A DNA stretch of 55,568 bases from a virus (taxonomy: Duplodnaviria; Caudoviricetes). A model generated the notes under the pieces. It worked only from the letters and a program-made list of their open reading frames with translations, did not search any database and was not told the origin of the DNA. Positions 42,501-50,664 of the stretch are shown piece after piece (the stretch's first letter is position 1; every line of letters starts with the position of its first letter). The stretch lies in IMG/VR virus record IMGVR_UViG_3300029319_000063, positions 1-55,568 of that record. One strand, 5' to 3'. A program made the position numbers and the translations under genes.

Positions 42501-42892
42501 GTAGAATCATAATTTTCTGCGTATACATCTGGACAACCATCCACTTCTAAAATATCAAAAAATATTTGTGTTAGGTTTGTATCAACATGATTTGGAACAT
42601 CAGGAACTTCCCAAGTTACTGGTTCACCACCTTCTTCGGTAACACCATCTAATAATGTTCCTGCTGGAGTCTCAAGTTTAAAACTTAATGTAGTTCCACC
42701 AGGAAAGCCTACTACAGTAACACTACCACCAAAATCAATTTGAGGGGTATCTCCAATTGGTTCAAAATTTCCTGTTAGGATTCCTGTTAAACCTGTATCT
42801 TCACCATTGGAATAAGCTCTCCAAATATATTCTCCAGAAATATCAAGATTGTTATCTAATGTTGCTGTAGCTATTACGACGGTTACATTCAT
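33581..42892 (-). CDS. Giant (3103 aa) multidomain structural protein: two lamin-tail-like domains, Cys-rich repeats, PKD-like scaffold, Zn-hydrolase-like domain
   Basis: LTD-like ISEIHY..EFFEIQN..GSPG and FTEFH..EFIEMYN..GTP (~41115-42455); many DC.G.CGG and GCTD..A.NY repeats (~38470-41100); VDWGD..HTY.RPG.Y; ITAPH..VIDFHG..FQFE (~35110-36360). Confidence 0.72.
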   Translation of the reverse strand: MNVTVVIATATLDNNLDISGEYIWRAYSNGEDTGLTGILTGNFEPIGDTPQIDFGGSVTVVGFPGGTTLSFKLETPAGTLLDGVTEEGGEPVTWEVPDVPNHVDTNLTQIFFDILEVDGCPDVYAENYDSTVTNNDGSCEYFDFTDKIKISEIHYTIDGVKQITAQDQNNDEATWEFFEIQNVSNETISTKGLSIAMFTNNATEYNRCGDNWRGGLPINSSLEPYGRMVFANNAEAYNGKCYCISADTEIWTTNESCDASACPEGDDYRTFEHLIAYDGSNDDVANLYEWQSGTGASRELSNTSENIVLRDANPSVQDTLAGSSANNNHRGNLVERVRYFAGTEDTLDDGINSCLDSWPSNVLSNVSSIVLINDELDNNCGSNWYRSGIEGGSPGLPNSLPWNSSTFRTFLGGTFLFTEFHIDPITGLEATHEFIEMYNSSNYPIDTTGFIDILSSGARPIEIDDQFQLGGMSRVIIQPGEFLLFMRQEGFDNGGGGSYSCENRYLYNGNLSNNGESISIRDIHGTLIDTFNTNPIMDDVSSWDASQPYAYGSIAGGGSTLELIFSDECLDDNSTIECWQSSLYIRGTPCAETIAPIFGCTDSEACNYDSDANIDDGSCTYPLICCQDYNNTGLCDDSNVSNYLQEVPTTCNECPEGYVEYIGPGIPGNDVYGCMDDTNCAYDSSATVNFGCATGTFECLNGLLGCDCNDTCNGEAYLNECNVCIGGTTGIIDNTNGYGGVYGQDCNNDCTPDTCDDDNITGCAQIDECGSCVGGDTGHIVLYSSLNDGDVSHSNYPVTQTQLFTESGIPYYAYTALNQDCAGNCPNDDNYGIGIDSCLICGGTNIQEGGGPQTDCSGNCFGEGTDLGCGCNLPGPVTYYADIDGDGIGNADAPWTGCEEDLPGGHVLNSGDNNDYCDNNATTGDYYTGNDYGLDDCDLCHYLPYGGESDNFNYFSILNTSKDCGDGVDPDSGFCPGASTFNQPPGTQRADTNGDGIGNECFETIHWYTSNNNFDLGRVVNHGCNFTNKCKGTDDVWGPGVIMFHQGDTILLEGLTAKGCRDPQASDYEARHYFDCIGTALGSNYGCCTYPEDCAGVENGNAFIDDCGVCSGGTTDHIANSDMDCNGDCVVGTPNHDGDVGGTAFFDSCGICSGGNSGHEADSDLDCAGECFGNHVEDADGYENCCEESQVLTYYEDSDGDGLGNADVSRTYCFEFVPDGWVLNQLDDDDTFFCPSTCDDNGQNIGSGDNPCIVDCAGVCGGISFIDDCGNCVLTATPIDCAGTCEGEPGYGADIDDCGNCFGGNTSTLVTGCFDLVDELGYTEALLLYQTGNESSIFNGVCPPNWAMDCQGVCEGLTIVDCAGVCGGSSVLDLCEVCYNPGNGESPPNECVGCMDSTACNYSPDYTIDNGVCLWLDCNGDCSCEVDNQNDSSCSTILDFCGQCGGDNDCEGCTDPTAINYDPTATQNYNLNCVYGDISIVPQSSTGLGLDYYLIKPVGNDNFGQNTNFNGDDYNPNFGGWKFQNSNEVVYTYQYRIDRKIKDEQTGPEPGFTVNQRVTQDVSTGEVIDDGASGEQPCTWFIDNPNTNPDTQNMAGMKTFETFINCGYGKTLDTDGTYFFDVAVTGSLGTKVRLQKDINIDGIFKIKQTLRKNELRDTPTDQIYIPEQAINIPYLDGTTNYLNREYWWKENNLFNRLPLGCFFFDEENQHFVQDDISEWKLIGSTYSSLQKNLDIPFYKNHLDGYCVNIEHVGEGTAGTCLGGINNGSGCNCEAPGGDGVDAQDCTDHTACMSGIDDFSAGYFTPDVNSTTKRAQYQDVKSGEKKATAHEYYSKETFPEYYKNTSAPSEFYFLFTPREGVAPGTTIDAQFLFNNRSRKDLDSDKYDYYIGIVDWGDETTREEQDFDFKYNPEKLEFGKIIKHTYTRPGIYEVSGYMFNVYKDEACRTRCYISQVDETDETSVPPWYNVFDNPTPNIFGVDQEYCDSAGGQFIINDENYCGVSNFMKFKYRINISSNEDNEVFLPFDENNITIGGVSDKSIYYRTIQRELGYLETGGKLDLDFQYIQDKLDTEYAYAKMNEYSVESSATLNIFNQPVLSGSVNLYGVLQETGSVDHPFPGPAPNPVTIVSGSYNKGYGELAKDNYFGNADINQVRFFNRGDYTMDKMLGFVNIAPDKSFQLIEGSGAVLITAPHSPRTLRPTALSYDPDGQYPAWDHAPDYYTGAMAYQVGKMTNSHVLIATHMQDDPNYYHYIGYDYFGRTGNTATPAFSGMEGQLHPFKKKLKEYLLEHPEIKLVIDFHGAGDYRPFAVDIGVAYPNKNRDPNGSYVKGYTDFGWYSNNTEGFNLYPLSEHDFNFDFPGPASPIKNRFWDGSLDSQWDTFSDMDTYAPSMVTDLGKGLTSPQNPNGDSLLLKLIEILNQNDIGDGEGYHDRRNSGLYEYADGLNIAYEYFAGEYLEQDSHSCPDRQDNQYNLAGYLNECDLGIYDDCTDAWELYLDGNYYCAEPGVKKPIVIGRDFTAGAQYTVTRFVTLDATVSDSFVDDGGDDGGGSNDPAGFIGNVDAFQFEMSRNHRTFELDEPRDLRMYKAMSEFIAYVNNHYGNESVIPNFDSDEFKNTYEKTYDFYHNFLKPQGEILLDDSIALSQHPDNPGSKRYWKNIIPSNYDITWRDGFIDYSIELNNILRRGGENELTIKPIDTILNSNQTFSICLPDESIGGIGLDGESDCELLYDDISFNKYSNNNSPLQITSTHDTPLSDNIVYWNLGNMMIGSEEFNTMFDGDNNVERITWIKNGKKRNSTYYDGSWSSDGESLNVLEQGRYYLFEMYVSVDLQRDELENNKILPTVLKHSKKIDIESNQEWLSRTTNVHRQLDDIEFINPPDSDSGFGEIIKVENVKPYYPVLPKFDLFGKFSSEENLQKSEIEVEVGTQKWDVEGNPIGEDPGTCECNSAGLVDDYNCNYGYDAQCIFVSNGVFDCECLLIQGEVNEEGDSPGDDDLFGIDALIENNIPFGSPDRLWYEYDESSPALNDDYSSNLLNIYTQAIVDINFSEIDVDENRLPNNSGVELYNYVFGDYKVLFDEDTRIPSKGDFENLPQIRKDKGRAY

Positions 42893-42917
42893 TTAATTAA
42901 ATTCCCCAAGGTTTTTA

Positions 42918-42931
42918 TCATATATAAATAT
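42918..42931 (-). promoter_or_regulatory. Candidate late promoter ATATTTATATATGA
   Basis: Exact 14-mer, 25 nt upstream of the ATG at 42892. Confidence 0.7.
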
Positions 42932-42946
42932 TTCACTTTTATATTT

Positions 42947-44824
42947 TTAACTATTGTTTGTAAATTTGAAATAACCTGATACACTACATCCCTCTGGTCC
43001 AGCAGTGTTAGTTGCGGGTGTTGTTATAGAGTAATAAATACCTGCTTTCAAATCACTTCCTAACCAACCACCTATAAAAGATAAATAAGTTGGAGCATTT
43101 ATGTATTGATTATCAGGACTAAACATTGTAATTGTTTGAACCGTAGTTCCATCACACCAAGTTAAAGGTATTGTACCTTCTGGATCTTCAAACCAAGAAT
43201 TGTCTAAAATACTTACAGGATATTCTATGTCTGGTGGTAATAACATAGCGACACCACTCCATGTATTTGGTGATATGTAAATAGTTGGCCAATCAGGTTC
43301 TTCCACTAAATTATCATCTGCAGTTGATGGTAAACATCTTGTTGCTCCATCATCTACCACTGGATCTAAATAACTTGTACATGTTACACTACCATCATCT
43401 AAATTATAATCAGCTTGAATGTTATTATCTGTGAGAGTATAAGGTAATCCTAAATATGTAGTTAGTAATGTATAATCAGTAAGATTTTCATTTACTAAAT
43501 CAGTCAAATTTGTTATGGTTGATTCTAAACCTGGTATACTATCTACTTGTCCTTGTAATTCTAAAACTTGAGCTTCTAAATCCGATACCAAAGAATTAGC
43601 ATTATCTAAATTAGATTGTATTATAGTTATAAAGTCAGATAATTCACTTATTGCACTCTCATTTGAAGCAATAGTATCATTTAAATCTGCAATTTGAGTA
43701 TTTAAATCCGTAATTTCAGTCTGAAATGTTGTGAAATAACCACCAATTGTTAAAGAATATAATGAGTAATCAACATTTGATAAATCATCATCAGGAAAAT
43801 ATAAATTTATTTGAGCTATAATATCTGCAAAATATGATTCATAATCACTTATAGTATTTTGTAATGATGTATTTTGACTTTCTAAATCACCAATTAAAAA
43901 TTGTAATGTTTGTATTTCAGAAACATAGTAATTTATTGTTTCATTTAATTCTACATTAACATTATCAATATATATTTGTAAATTATCAGAAAGTTGAGGA
44001 TTTACTTCTATAGTATCTTCAAACTCAGTAGATAATATATTTGCTATTTGTCGTAATTCATTGAAATACCATTCAAGTTCTGTAGAGGTTTCTGGAGAAG
44101 ATGGTGGTATGTAAATATCAAATATATCTGGATAAGGACTATTTCCTAATATTATTTGAACCGAAGCAACAATATCAGATACATTGAGTATCCCATCATT
44201 GTTCATATCTCCTGGTAAAATATCTAAACTAATACCATCAAGATTATAACAACAACAATTATCATTGAGCCAATCACCATTGTAATTGTTTGTAGGTAGT
44301 GTTTCATCTAGCCAAGCTTGACATGTAGTTGGATTAGTAGGACATGACCAGTTTCCACTATAAGTACCATCATCAAAATTTAAAGCTAATCGGTCTGAAC
44401 ATGTAAGAGTAGGAAGAGGAATATCATCATTATCATCATCATCAGGTTCAGTTTGTCGTAAACATGTAAAATGTGCACATATGAAATTTTCAGGACAATG
44501 TCTATCTCGAACACATTCTCTACAGGTATTACCACTACAATATATTTCAGGTTCTCCACCCACCGATATTGCACCCATACAATCACGATTTGTTCCATCA
44601 GCATTGTTTTGATTATCAAAACATTCGAAAGTAGGCATAACGGGATCATCATCTATTGGATCAAGATCTGGAGTACTATCTATTGGGTCATCATCATCAA
44701 AATTTAATGGTGTATTATTTGAAGGAGGTTTTAAAAATATATCTGATGGTAATTTAAATTCATCCTTTAATAATTTTAAAACATCTTCTAATGCTTGTTT
44801 TTCTTTTTTATTATGTCCTGGCAT
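42947..44824 (-). CDS. Cys-rich, dockerin-loop, coiled-coil protein (putative fibre/whisker)
   Basis: CRECVRDRHCPENFIC, GDMNNDGILNVSDIV (~44141-44212), heptad coiled coil at ~43470-44060. Confidence 0.62.
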   Translation of the reverse strand: MPGHNKKEKQALEDVLKLLKDEFKLPSDIFLKPPSNNTPLNFDDDDPIDSTPDLDPIDDDPVMPTFECFDNQNNADGTNRDCMGAISVGGEPEIYCSGNTCRECVRDRHCPENFICAHFTCLRQTEPDDDDNDDIPLPTLTCSDRLALNFDDGTYSGNWSCPTNPTTCQAWLDETLPTNNYNGDWLNDNCCCYNLDGISLDILPGDMNNDGILNVSDIVASVQIILGNSPYPDIFDIYIPPSSPETSTELEWYFNELRQIANILSTEFEDTIEVNPQLSDNLQIYIDNVNVELNETINYYVSEIQTLQFLIGDLESQNTSLQNTISDYESYFADIIAQINLYFPDDDLSNVDYSLYSLTIGGYFTTFQTEITDLNTQIADLNDTIASNESAISELSDFITIIQSNLDNANSLVSDLEAQVLELQGQVDSIPGLESTITNLTDLVNENLTDYTLLTTYLGLPYTLTDNNIQADYNLDDGSVTCTSYLDPVVDDGATRCLPSTADDNLVEEPDWPTIYISPNTWSGVAMLLPPDIEYPVSILDNSWFEDPEGTIPLTWCDGTTVQTITMFSPDNQYINAPTYLSFIGGWLGSDLKAGIYYSITTPATNTAGPEGCSVSGYFKFTNNS

Positions 44825-44838
44825 TTAGTTCACTCACT

Positions 44839-46857
44839 TTAAACTTTAAAACCTTTAGCTCTAAGTAAATCACTTTTAGAAATAATTTCAACTTTACATT
44901 TAGCTCCTTCAAATGAATTGTGAGTATATCTACCTACATTTTTATAACAATGTGGATAATTAGGGTCATCTTCTAACACATCTGGACAAGGGTCTGCTTC
45001 AGTACCAACTAATAAATCAGAATTAGAATTAATGTCAGCCTCAGTAGCTTGTATTCCCTCTTCACCATCAGCACCAAAATCTACATGCCATTTCCAATAT
45101 TCATCAAAGTAAGCTTGACTTGTTAATGCATCAGGTCCACATTCATTACCTGTAGCACCACAAGATTGTAATTTTCTATTTTCTTGAATATTTGGATTCC
45201 AATTTGCAACTATGTAATACCATTCGTTAATATCACTTGGTACATGTAAATGATTTAAAACTTTTTGAGAGTAGTTATCACCAAAAGGTTTTATTGAAAA
45301 ATGATTAATCAGTTTAGAGTAACATCTACCAGTACAAGATGTTTCAGTTCCACTTACAGAATAATCGGCTGCTACTCCAGGGACAGGTAAATTCATGGTT
45401 GTGGCTCGATTAGTAAATCTCGATGATATATGTCCATTTCTACCTCTTGATTTTCCAACATGAGAATCCCAAAAAGAACCGTATTGATCTCTAACTATCA
45501 ATCTTATAAATCTTTCATCATCTGTTTTTTTAAAAAAGGGTTGTGCTGATGTGAAATGATTTATATCTGATGGGAATCCATTTGCTACTGTAACCTCATT
45601 ATTTACATATTGTTCCCAAGTTCCATATGAACCATCAGGTTTTACCAAATCATTTTTGTTTAAAGTAAATGTTTGTAGAGCAAAAGATGGTTTTATTTGT
45701 CCTGGTAAACATTCACCTGGATCACCACCATTACATATTGATTCATCATAATCACCATCCTCTGTATAACCTTGAAATGGATTACCTAAATTAAATAATG
45801 TTCCTGTACTTGTTTTATTTAGGAACTTAACCCACATAGCTATCGTAAACCCTTGTTCTAACCATACAGGATTATATTGGTCTGAACCAATAAATGGTAA
45901 GTTGTCTGATTCTTCTTGTCTTATTATTATCCCTTGATTTAAACCATTAATTCTTAAATAACCTTCTGATTGAGGTTCATATTCTGGTCTTTCATCTTCA
46001 GGTTGTATTTCAACAACTTTGTCTATATCAGTTAAATATTCATTTAAATCATCTCTTAAAGATTGTAATGTTTGCCCTTCATTAATAGTATTTTCCGCGT
46101 GTCTATCTAATCTAACAATATTACCTTGATTTGGCTCTGTCACTTGAATATCATTTACATTATGGTGTATATCTTGATTTGCAGATACATTCGTAGCCCA
46201 TGTATCAGGTATATCATCTGAATCCACATCTAAACTGAAGTTTGGTATTACACCTTTTAAAGCTTCGTATTCCGTAAAAAATTTATTTATTCTAGCTTGT
46301 CGTGTAATATTAACAGGTATTAACTCAAAAATATTAGTATCTAATATTTGTTTAGCCTTATCGATATCAATAACATAATTTTGATTTGAAAAAGATATAA
46401 AGTTAGCTAAAAAAGTAAACAACTCTTCGGTAAGATTTATAAAAAATGTAAATTCACCCAAAGCACAATTTTGCATTTCTATTTCAACGAAAGGAACTGA
46501 ATCTGGATTTAAACTTGCATCGTAATTTTCAAAATCAGGATCATCAGGACCATTATAAGTAACAAAATAAGAAAAATCACCCCAATCCAAATATTGATTT
46601 GTTTCGGTATCAAATTGACAATCCGCGGCCGAGTTTAAAACAGTGTCAAGTGATTCTGGTGTTAATTGTTGTTGGTAATCTTGTTGATATACAACTATAT
46701 TTTCTACGTCCTCTACATTATCAGTTTGTACAATATTACCATTCGAAAATATTCTTCTAAAATTATTTACATTGAAGTTTTCAAAGTCATCTGAGTTTTC
46801 CATCATTAAATTAATTATATAATCTAATAAACTCTCTATTAGTTGTATTTTCGTCAT
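44839..46857 (-). CDS. Structural protein with interrupted LamG/concanavalin-like domain
   Basis: GFTIAMWVKF..GTLFN.G and EWYYIVANW, with Cys-containing insertions between them. Confidence 0.55.
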   Translation of the reverse strand: MTKIQLIESLLDYIINLMMENSDDFENFNVNNFRRIFSNGNIVQTDNVEDVENIVVYQQDYQQQLTPESLDTVLNSAADCQFDTETNQYLDWGDFSYFVTYNGPDDPDFENYDASLNPDSVPFVEIEMQNCALGEFTFFINLTEELFTFLANFISFSNQNYVIDIDKAKQILDTNIFELIPVNITRQARINKFFTEYEALKGVIPNFSLDVDSDDIPDTWATNVSANQDIHHNVNDIQVTEPNQGNIVRLDRHAENTINEGQTLQSLRDDLNEYLTDIDKVVEIQPEDERPEYEPQSEGYLRINGLNQGIIIRQEESDNLPFIGSDQYNPVWLEQGFTIAMWVKFLNKTSTGTLFNLGNPFQGYTEDGDYDESICNGGDPGECLPGQIKPSFALQTFTLNKNDLVKPDGSYGTWEQYVNNEVTVANGFPSDINHFTSAQPFFKKTDDERFIRLIVRDQYGSFWDSHVGKSRGRNGHISSRFTNRATTMNLPVPGVAADYSVSGTETSCTGRCYSKLINHFSIKPFGDNYSQKVLNHLHVPSDINEWYYIVANWNPNIQENRKLQSCGATGNECGPDALTSQAYFDEYWKWHVDFGADGEEGIQATEADINSNSDLLVGTEADPCPDVLEDDPNYPHCYKNVGRYTHNSFEGAKCKVEIISKSDLLRAKGFKV

Positions 46858-46860
46858 AAC

Positions 46861-47967
46861 TTACCTCTTTATCTTAAATTCAAAATCATTATCGATTATT
46901 TCTTCTTGACCATCATCATATTTTAATTTGTATAAAATTTTATAAACTCTATCAGGTTCAAATGTATTTAACCATTGAATAAAATAATTTGATTTAGCGT
47001 CACAACTTAAAAATGTGTAATCACTAAATGGAACTATTGTTTCATCAGAAGCTACATCTTTTATAGAGTACGAACCTGATTTTTCTGGTATATAAGAACC
47101 TGTAGCTGTTTGATATGATGTCGAGAAAGTTTTCTTTACAAATTTTTCTCTAGCCTTTAATCTAAATTTAACTTTATCAGATTCTTTATAAAATTCTTTT
47201 AAACCAATCATATTAATATCATTATTAACTAAACCACTCGATGTAATTTGATTTAATGAACCTGTATTTGAACCACTACATGCTATATGGTCATCCCATT
47301 GTACCTCTAACTTTGGTTGAAAAATAGTATTTGTATTTCTCGAAAAGAATTTTAATTTTCCAAATGTTGATGTATCTGTTTCTTGTGTTGTTAAAAATTT
47401 TATTAACATTCCATAGTTTGGTTCTTGTCCTTGCAACCACATATTTACCATATCACTAATATCAACATTTATATCTGCGGATTGTCCAACATCAAATGTT
47501 TGTATAGAAGCACTAAAAAGATGTACTGATCCTCCAGGAGTTTCCCAAGGTGCGCTAGAACCATTTGTTAATTTATTTTTATTTACCCAACTACATCCAT
47601 CAGTATTTTTAGGGTCATCACCGAATTTACCTGTTCCCTCTGTCCAAGACTGTGATATTGGTTGAAAACTTAAAGTATAATTTTTAGTTAACTTATCAGT
47701 ATTACCTTCAGCTTCAAACATTTTTAAAAAATATTTTGGATTTACAATACTACCATCAGAAACAGATTGTGATATAAATGTAAAATCATCACCACTAAAT
47801 TGTACTAATGCTCTTGTTGGATAATCAAATTCAAAATTATGAAATTCTTTTTTAACTTCTAATATTTCATCTTGACCAAAATTTTGATCTGTTTCTGGTA
47901 TACCGGTAATCTTATTAGAACCTGATGATATCCAAGTATCTTGTGATGGGAAAATAAAATAATGCAT
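46861..47967 (-). CDS. DNRLRE-like domain virion protein
   Basis: DTWIS..NFG.DEILEV, RALVQF, W.EGTG, W.TPGG, DIS..V..W, NYG.LIK, FFSR..PKLEVQW. Confidence 0.65.
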   Translation of the reverse strand: MHYFIFPSQDTWISSGSNKITGIPETDQNFGQDEILEVKKEFHNFEFDYPTRALVQFSGDDFTFISQSVSDGSIVNPKYFLKMFEAEGNTDKLTKNYTLSFQPISQSWTEGTGKFGDDPKNTDGCSWVNKNKLTNGSSAPWETPGGSVHLFSASIQTFDVGQSADINVDISDMVNMWLQGQEPNYGMLIKFLTTQETDTSTFGKLKFFSRNTNTIFQPKLEVQWDDHIACSGSNTGSLNQITSSGLVNNDINMIGLKEFYKESDKVKFRLKAREKFVKKTFSTSYQTATGSYIPEKSGSYSIKDVASDETIVPFSDYTFLSCDAKSNYFIQWLNTFEPDRVYKILYKLKYDDGQEEIIDNDFEFKIKR

Positions 47968-50210
47968 TATCTAACTACTCCTCTTATGTTTTCTGTTGGG
48001 TTCTTTAATTCAAACACACTTGGTGATACTGATGGTAAAATAACACCATCAGATACAAAATAATCACTTTCATCTGTAGCTTCACTATTAATATAAAATT
48101 GTGAAAAATCATACTGCCAATTATATTTAGAAGAATTTTGTGCAGTACATTGTCCGATATCACCTGATGGACAACTATTATAATTATAATCCCACAACTT
48201 AACTGCACCATCTATATTATTCACAGCTCTGTTGTTAGATAAATTGTTAAAATCTTGTGTTAACTCAACATAACTAACACTCCTAACTCCTTCTAAATCC
48301 ATCAATTCATAATATAAATCATTCGTGTGAATTGTGTCTTTAAAAAACATTTTATTCACATTAAAATAATTTTGAATTGTATTTATACATCTCAATTTTA
48401 CTGCAGATTTATCGGCATTTCTATGAGAGAATACTTCAAAGGCTACACCAAAATTAACAACCATTCCATCTACAATGTTAATTTTATCCGTTAACATTCT
48501 AAAATTATCCAAATAATTTATCAAATTATTTTTTAGTGGATGCATAGTGTTACCATTATTTAATGCTGGAGCTAGATTTCCATTACCATCATATGTTAAC
48601 AGATATAATTCTAGTGTAGCTAACATATCTCCTGCATAATTATTATTAACATCTGAAGTTAGTTGTACATATTGCTCAAAAAATTCTTGTAATTTTACAA
48701 CACTTTCTTGCAAATCTACTGCTGGCTGATCTGGATTTAGTATTGCGTCTGTTATTTGGCTACTGAGAGTATAATAATCACTCATCAAAATTTGACCATC
48801 TTCATTTAAATCTAAATTTGAAAATAATTCATTTTCAACACCTAAACCTGTTCTTTTACAATATACTTTACCTATACTCCCAAATTTAGCTGGTAATGCT
48901 AAAGCTCTAGCTTCATAATCTTCTTTCGTAACACATCTGTTTTGTGCTGCAAAATAAGCTTTTGCACCTCTTCTAATATCTTCTATATTTTGGTTACCTT
49001 GCCCACCTTTAGCTGGTATGTTGTTAGTGGCTGTTAAATTTTTACCTGTATCATCCCCATTTAAAATCACAAAAGAGTTTATGGTTGTTAAATCATTAGT
49101 TGATACATTAGAATCTATACCCCCACCAACCTTATATGTTACTTCTAAAGTTGTATTGAACGGAGCCTCTCCAAGTGTCAATCTATCATTAGCTCTTAAT
49201 GGGTCTATAGATACATCTATTTTATTTAAGACACCATCAGGTAAAGTTATACCTGCAGTATCTAAAACATCAGTTTCATCTAAGGTTGTTTTTTGATTTC
49301 TTAACACACCATTACCAAAAACTAAAGATGTTTTTCCATCTGAATTTATTTCAGTAATAAATTTTTTAGATGTTTTTATATACTTTAATGAGTATGGAAC
49401 TGGATCTTTAGTAGATACAATACTATCATCTGAGAAAGAATAAGCATTATCTCTATCATTATCATCTAAATAATGTGTTTCTAATGGAACTCTATCTTGT
49501 GCTAAAAACTCAACCTCTCTCCATACATTTCCTGTAGATGTATCTCTAACAGATTCTATGGATATTACATTAGTTTCATCCAATGTTAATCTTAAAAATT
49601 TAGTTGGACTTCCAACAGTAAATCTTCGTGTTTTTGTTTCCGATGAAATGGCGTTTACTTGTCGTGTTATTAGATAACTTGTAACCACACCATTTGAATC
49701 AAAAGTTAAAGGTTCAGGTTGTAAATCTGTAGAACCACTTGTTGAAAAATCAACTATATCTGTTGTTTCAAACTTTATATTAGAATCTGAATCTGATGTT
49801 AATGTCATCCCTTTAGCTATAGTCAAACAATCATTAAAGTTTGGTTTTAAATTATTTAAATCTGAATTATCTACTCCTAATTCTTGTGTAACAGTTAATG
49901 TTGTTACAGCTGCAGATGTTGGTTTTACTTTATAACCCAACATATTAGCTATGTTCACCACATTTCTTCTTTCTTGAGCTAATGGTAACATCATCTCTTT
50001 ATATTGTTGATCTATATAAAACGATAATACATCACCAACATATGCCGACATTTCTATTAACATCATACCAGGAGATGTTTCATTAAAATCTTGATATGTG
50101 TCTGGGAAATATGATTTTGCATATTCTAACAATGAAGTTTTAAAATCTGCGAAATCTTTATTAATATATTCTACATTACTAACCGAGTATTCTTTATCTC
50201 TATACGGCAT
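47967..50210 (-). CDS. Baseplate wedge subunit, T4 gp6-like
   Basis: YINKDFADFK..L..Y, DFNE.SPG, AYVGDVLSFY.D, LGYK, FGNG, Y.VGGG..SNV, QNRCVTKEDY. Confidence 0.88.
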   Translation of the reverse strand: MPYRDKEYSVSNVEYINKDFADFKTSLLEYAKSYFPDTYQDFNETSPGMMLIEMSAYVGDVLSFYIDQQYKEMMLPLAQERRNVVNIANMLGYKVKPTSAAVTTLTVTQELGVDNSDLNNLKPNFNDCLTIAKGMTLTSDSDSNIKFETTDIVDFSTSGSTDLQPEPLTFDSNGVVTSYLITRQVNAISSETKTRRFTVGSPTKFLRLTLDETNVISIESVRDTSTGNVWREVEFLAQDRVPLETHYLDDNDRDNAYSFSDDSIVSTKDPVPYSLKYIKTSKKFITEINSDGKTSLVFGNGVLRNQKTTLDETDVLDTAGITLPDGVLNKIDVSIDPLRANDRLTLGEAPFNTTLEVTYKVGGGIDSNVSTNDLTTINSFVILNGDDTGKNLTATNNIPAKGGQGNQNIEDIRRGAKAYFAAQNRCVTKEDYEARALALPAKFGSIGKVYCKRTGLGVENELFSNLDLNEDGQILMSDYYTLSSQITDAILNPDQPAVDLQESVVKLQEFFEQYVQLTSDVNNNYAGDMLATLELYLLTYDGNGNLAPALNNGNTMHPLKNNLINYLDNFRMLTDKINIVDGMVVNFGVAFEVFSHRNADKSAVKLRCINTIQNYFNVNKMFFKDTIHTNDLYYELMDLEGVRSVSYVELTQDFNNLSNNRAVNNIDGAVKLWDYNYNSCPSGDIGQCTAQNSSKYNWQYDFSQFYINSEATDESDYFVSDGVILPSVSPSVFELKNPTENIRGVVR

Positions 50211-50226
50211 TATATTCTCCTAGTGT

Positions 50227-50664
50227 TTATACATCAACAATTACAGAATCCAATGTATTTGGATCTCTAGTCACATGAAAATCTACTTTTATACTTATAG
50301 TATTTTTTCCCAAAGAATCCATCTGACTAATATTAACATCAATATTATTGATAGTGACAAAAGGTAATAGATTTTGAAAGGTTGTAGTTAAATCAGCCTT
50401 TATTTCATCTACTGTACTATTGTCAAGTTGTTGAAATAAGTAAGTTCTTAACCCTAAACCAATTGTTGGTTGCATTAATCTTTCACCTCTTTCAGTTGAT
50501 AAGAGTAGTTTTATATTCTGTTTTACTGCATCCAATGTGGTTCGTGTTGATTGAAACCATCCATCTATACCATCGGATTTAGTAAAGGGTAATGATAAAC
50601 CAATAAATTGTTCTTCATCATTATCTTGTATATATGGTTTTCTACTTTTATCTAGTATAGCCAT
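50227..50664 (-). CDS. Baseplate protein, gp25/GPW-like
   Basis: VKQNIKLLLSTERGERLMQPTIG.GL..YLF. Confidence 0.9.
   Translation of the reverse strand: MAILDKSRKPYIQDNDEEQFIGLSLPFTKSDGIDGWFQSTRTTLDAVKQNIKLLLSTERGERLMQPTIGLGLRTYLFQQLDNSTVDEIKADLTTTFQNLLPFVTINNIDVNISQMDSLGKNTISIKVDFHVTRDPNTLDSVIVDV

Noticed and set aside
13778-50210. A true cellulosome with a cohesin scaffoldin
   Set aside because: I could not recognise a cohesin domain by eye; only dockerin-type loops are supported.
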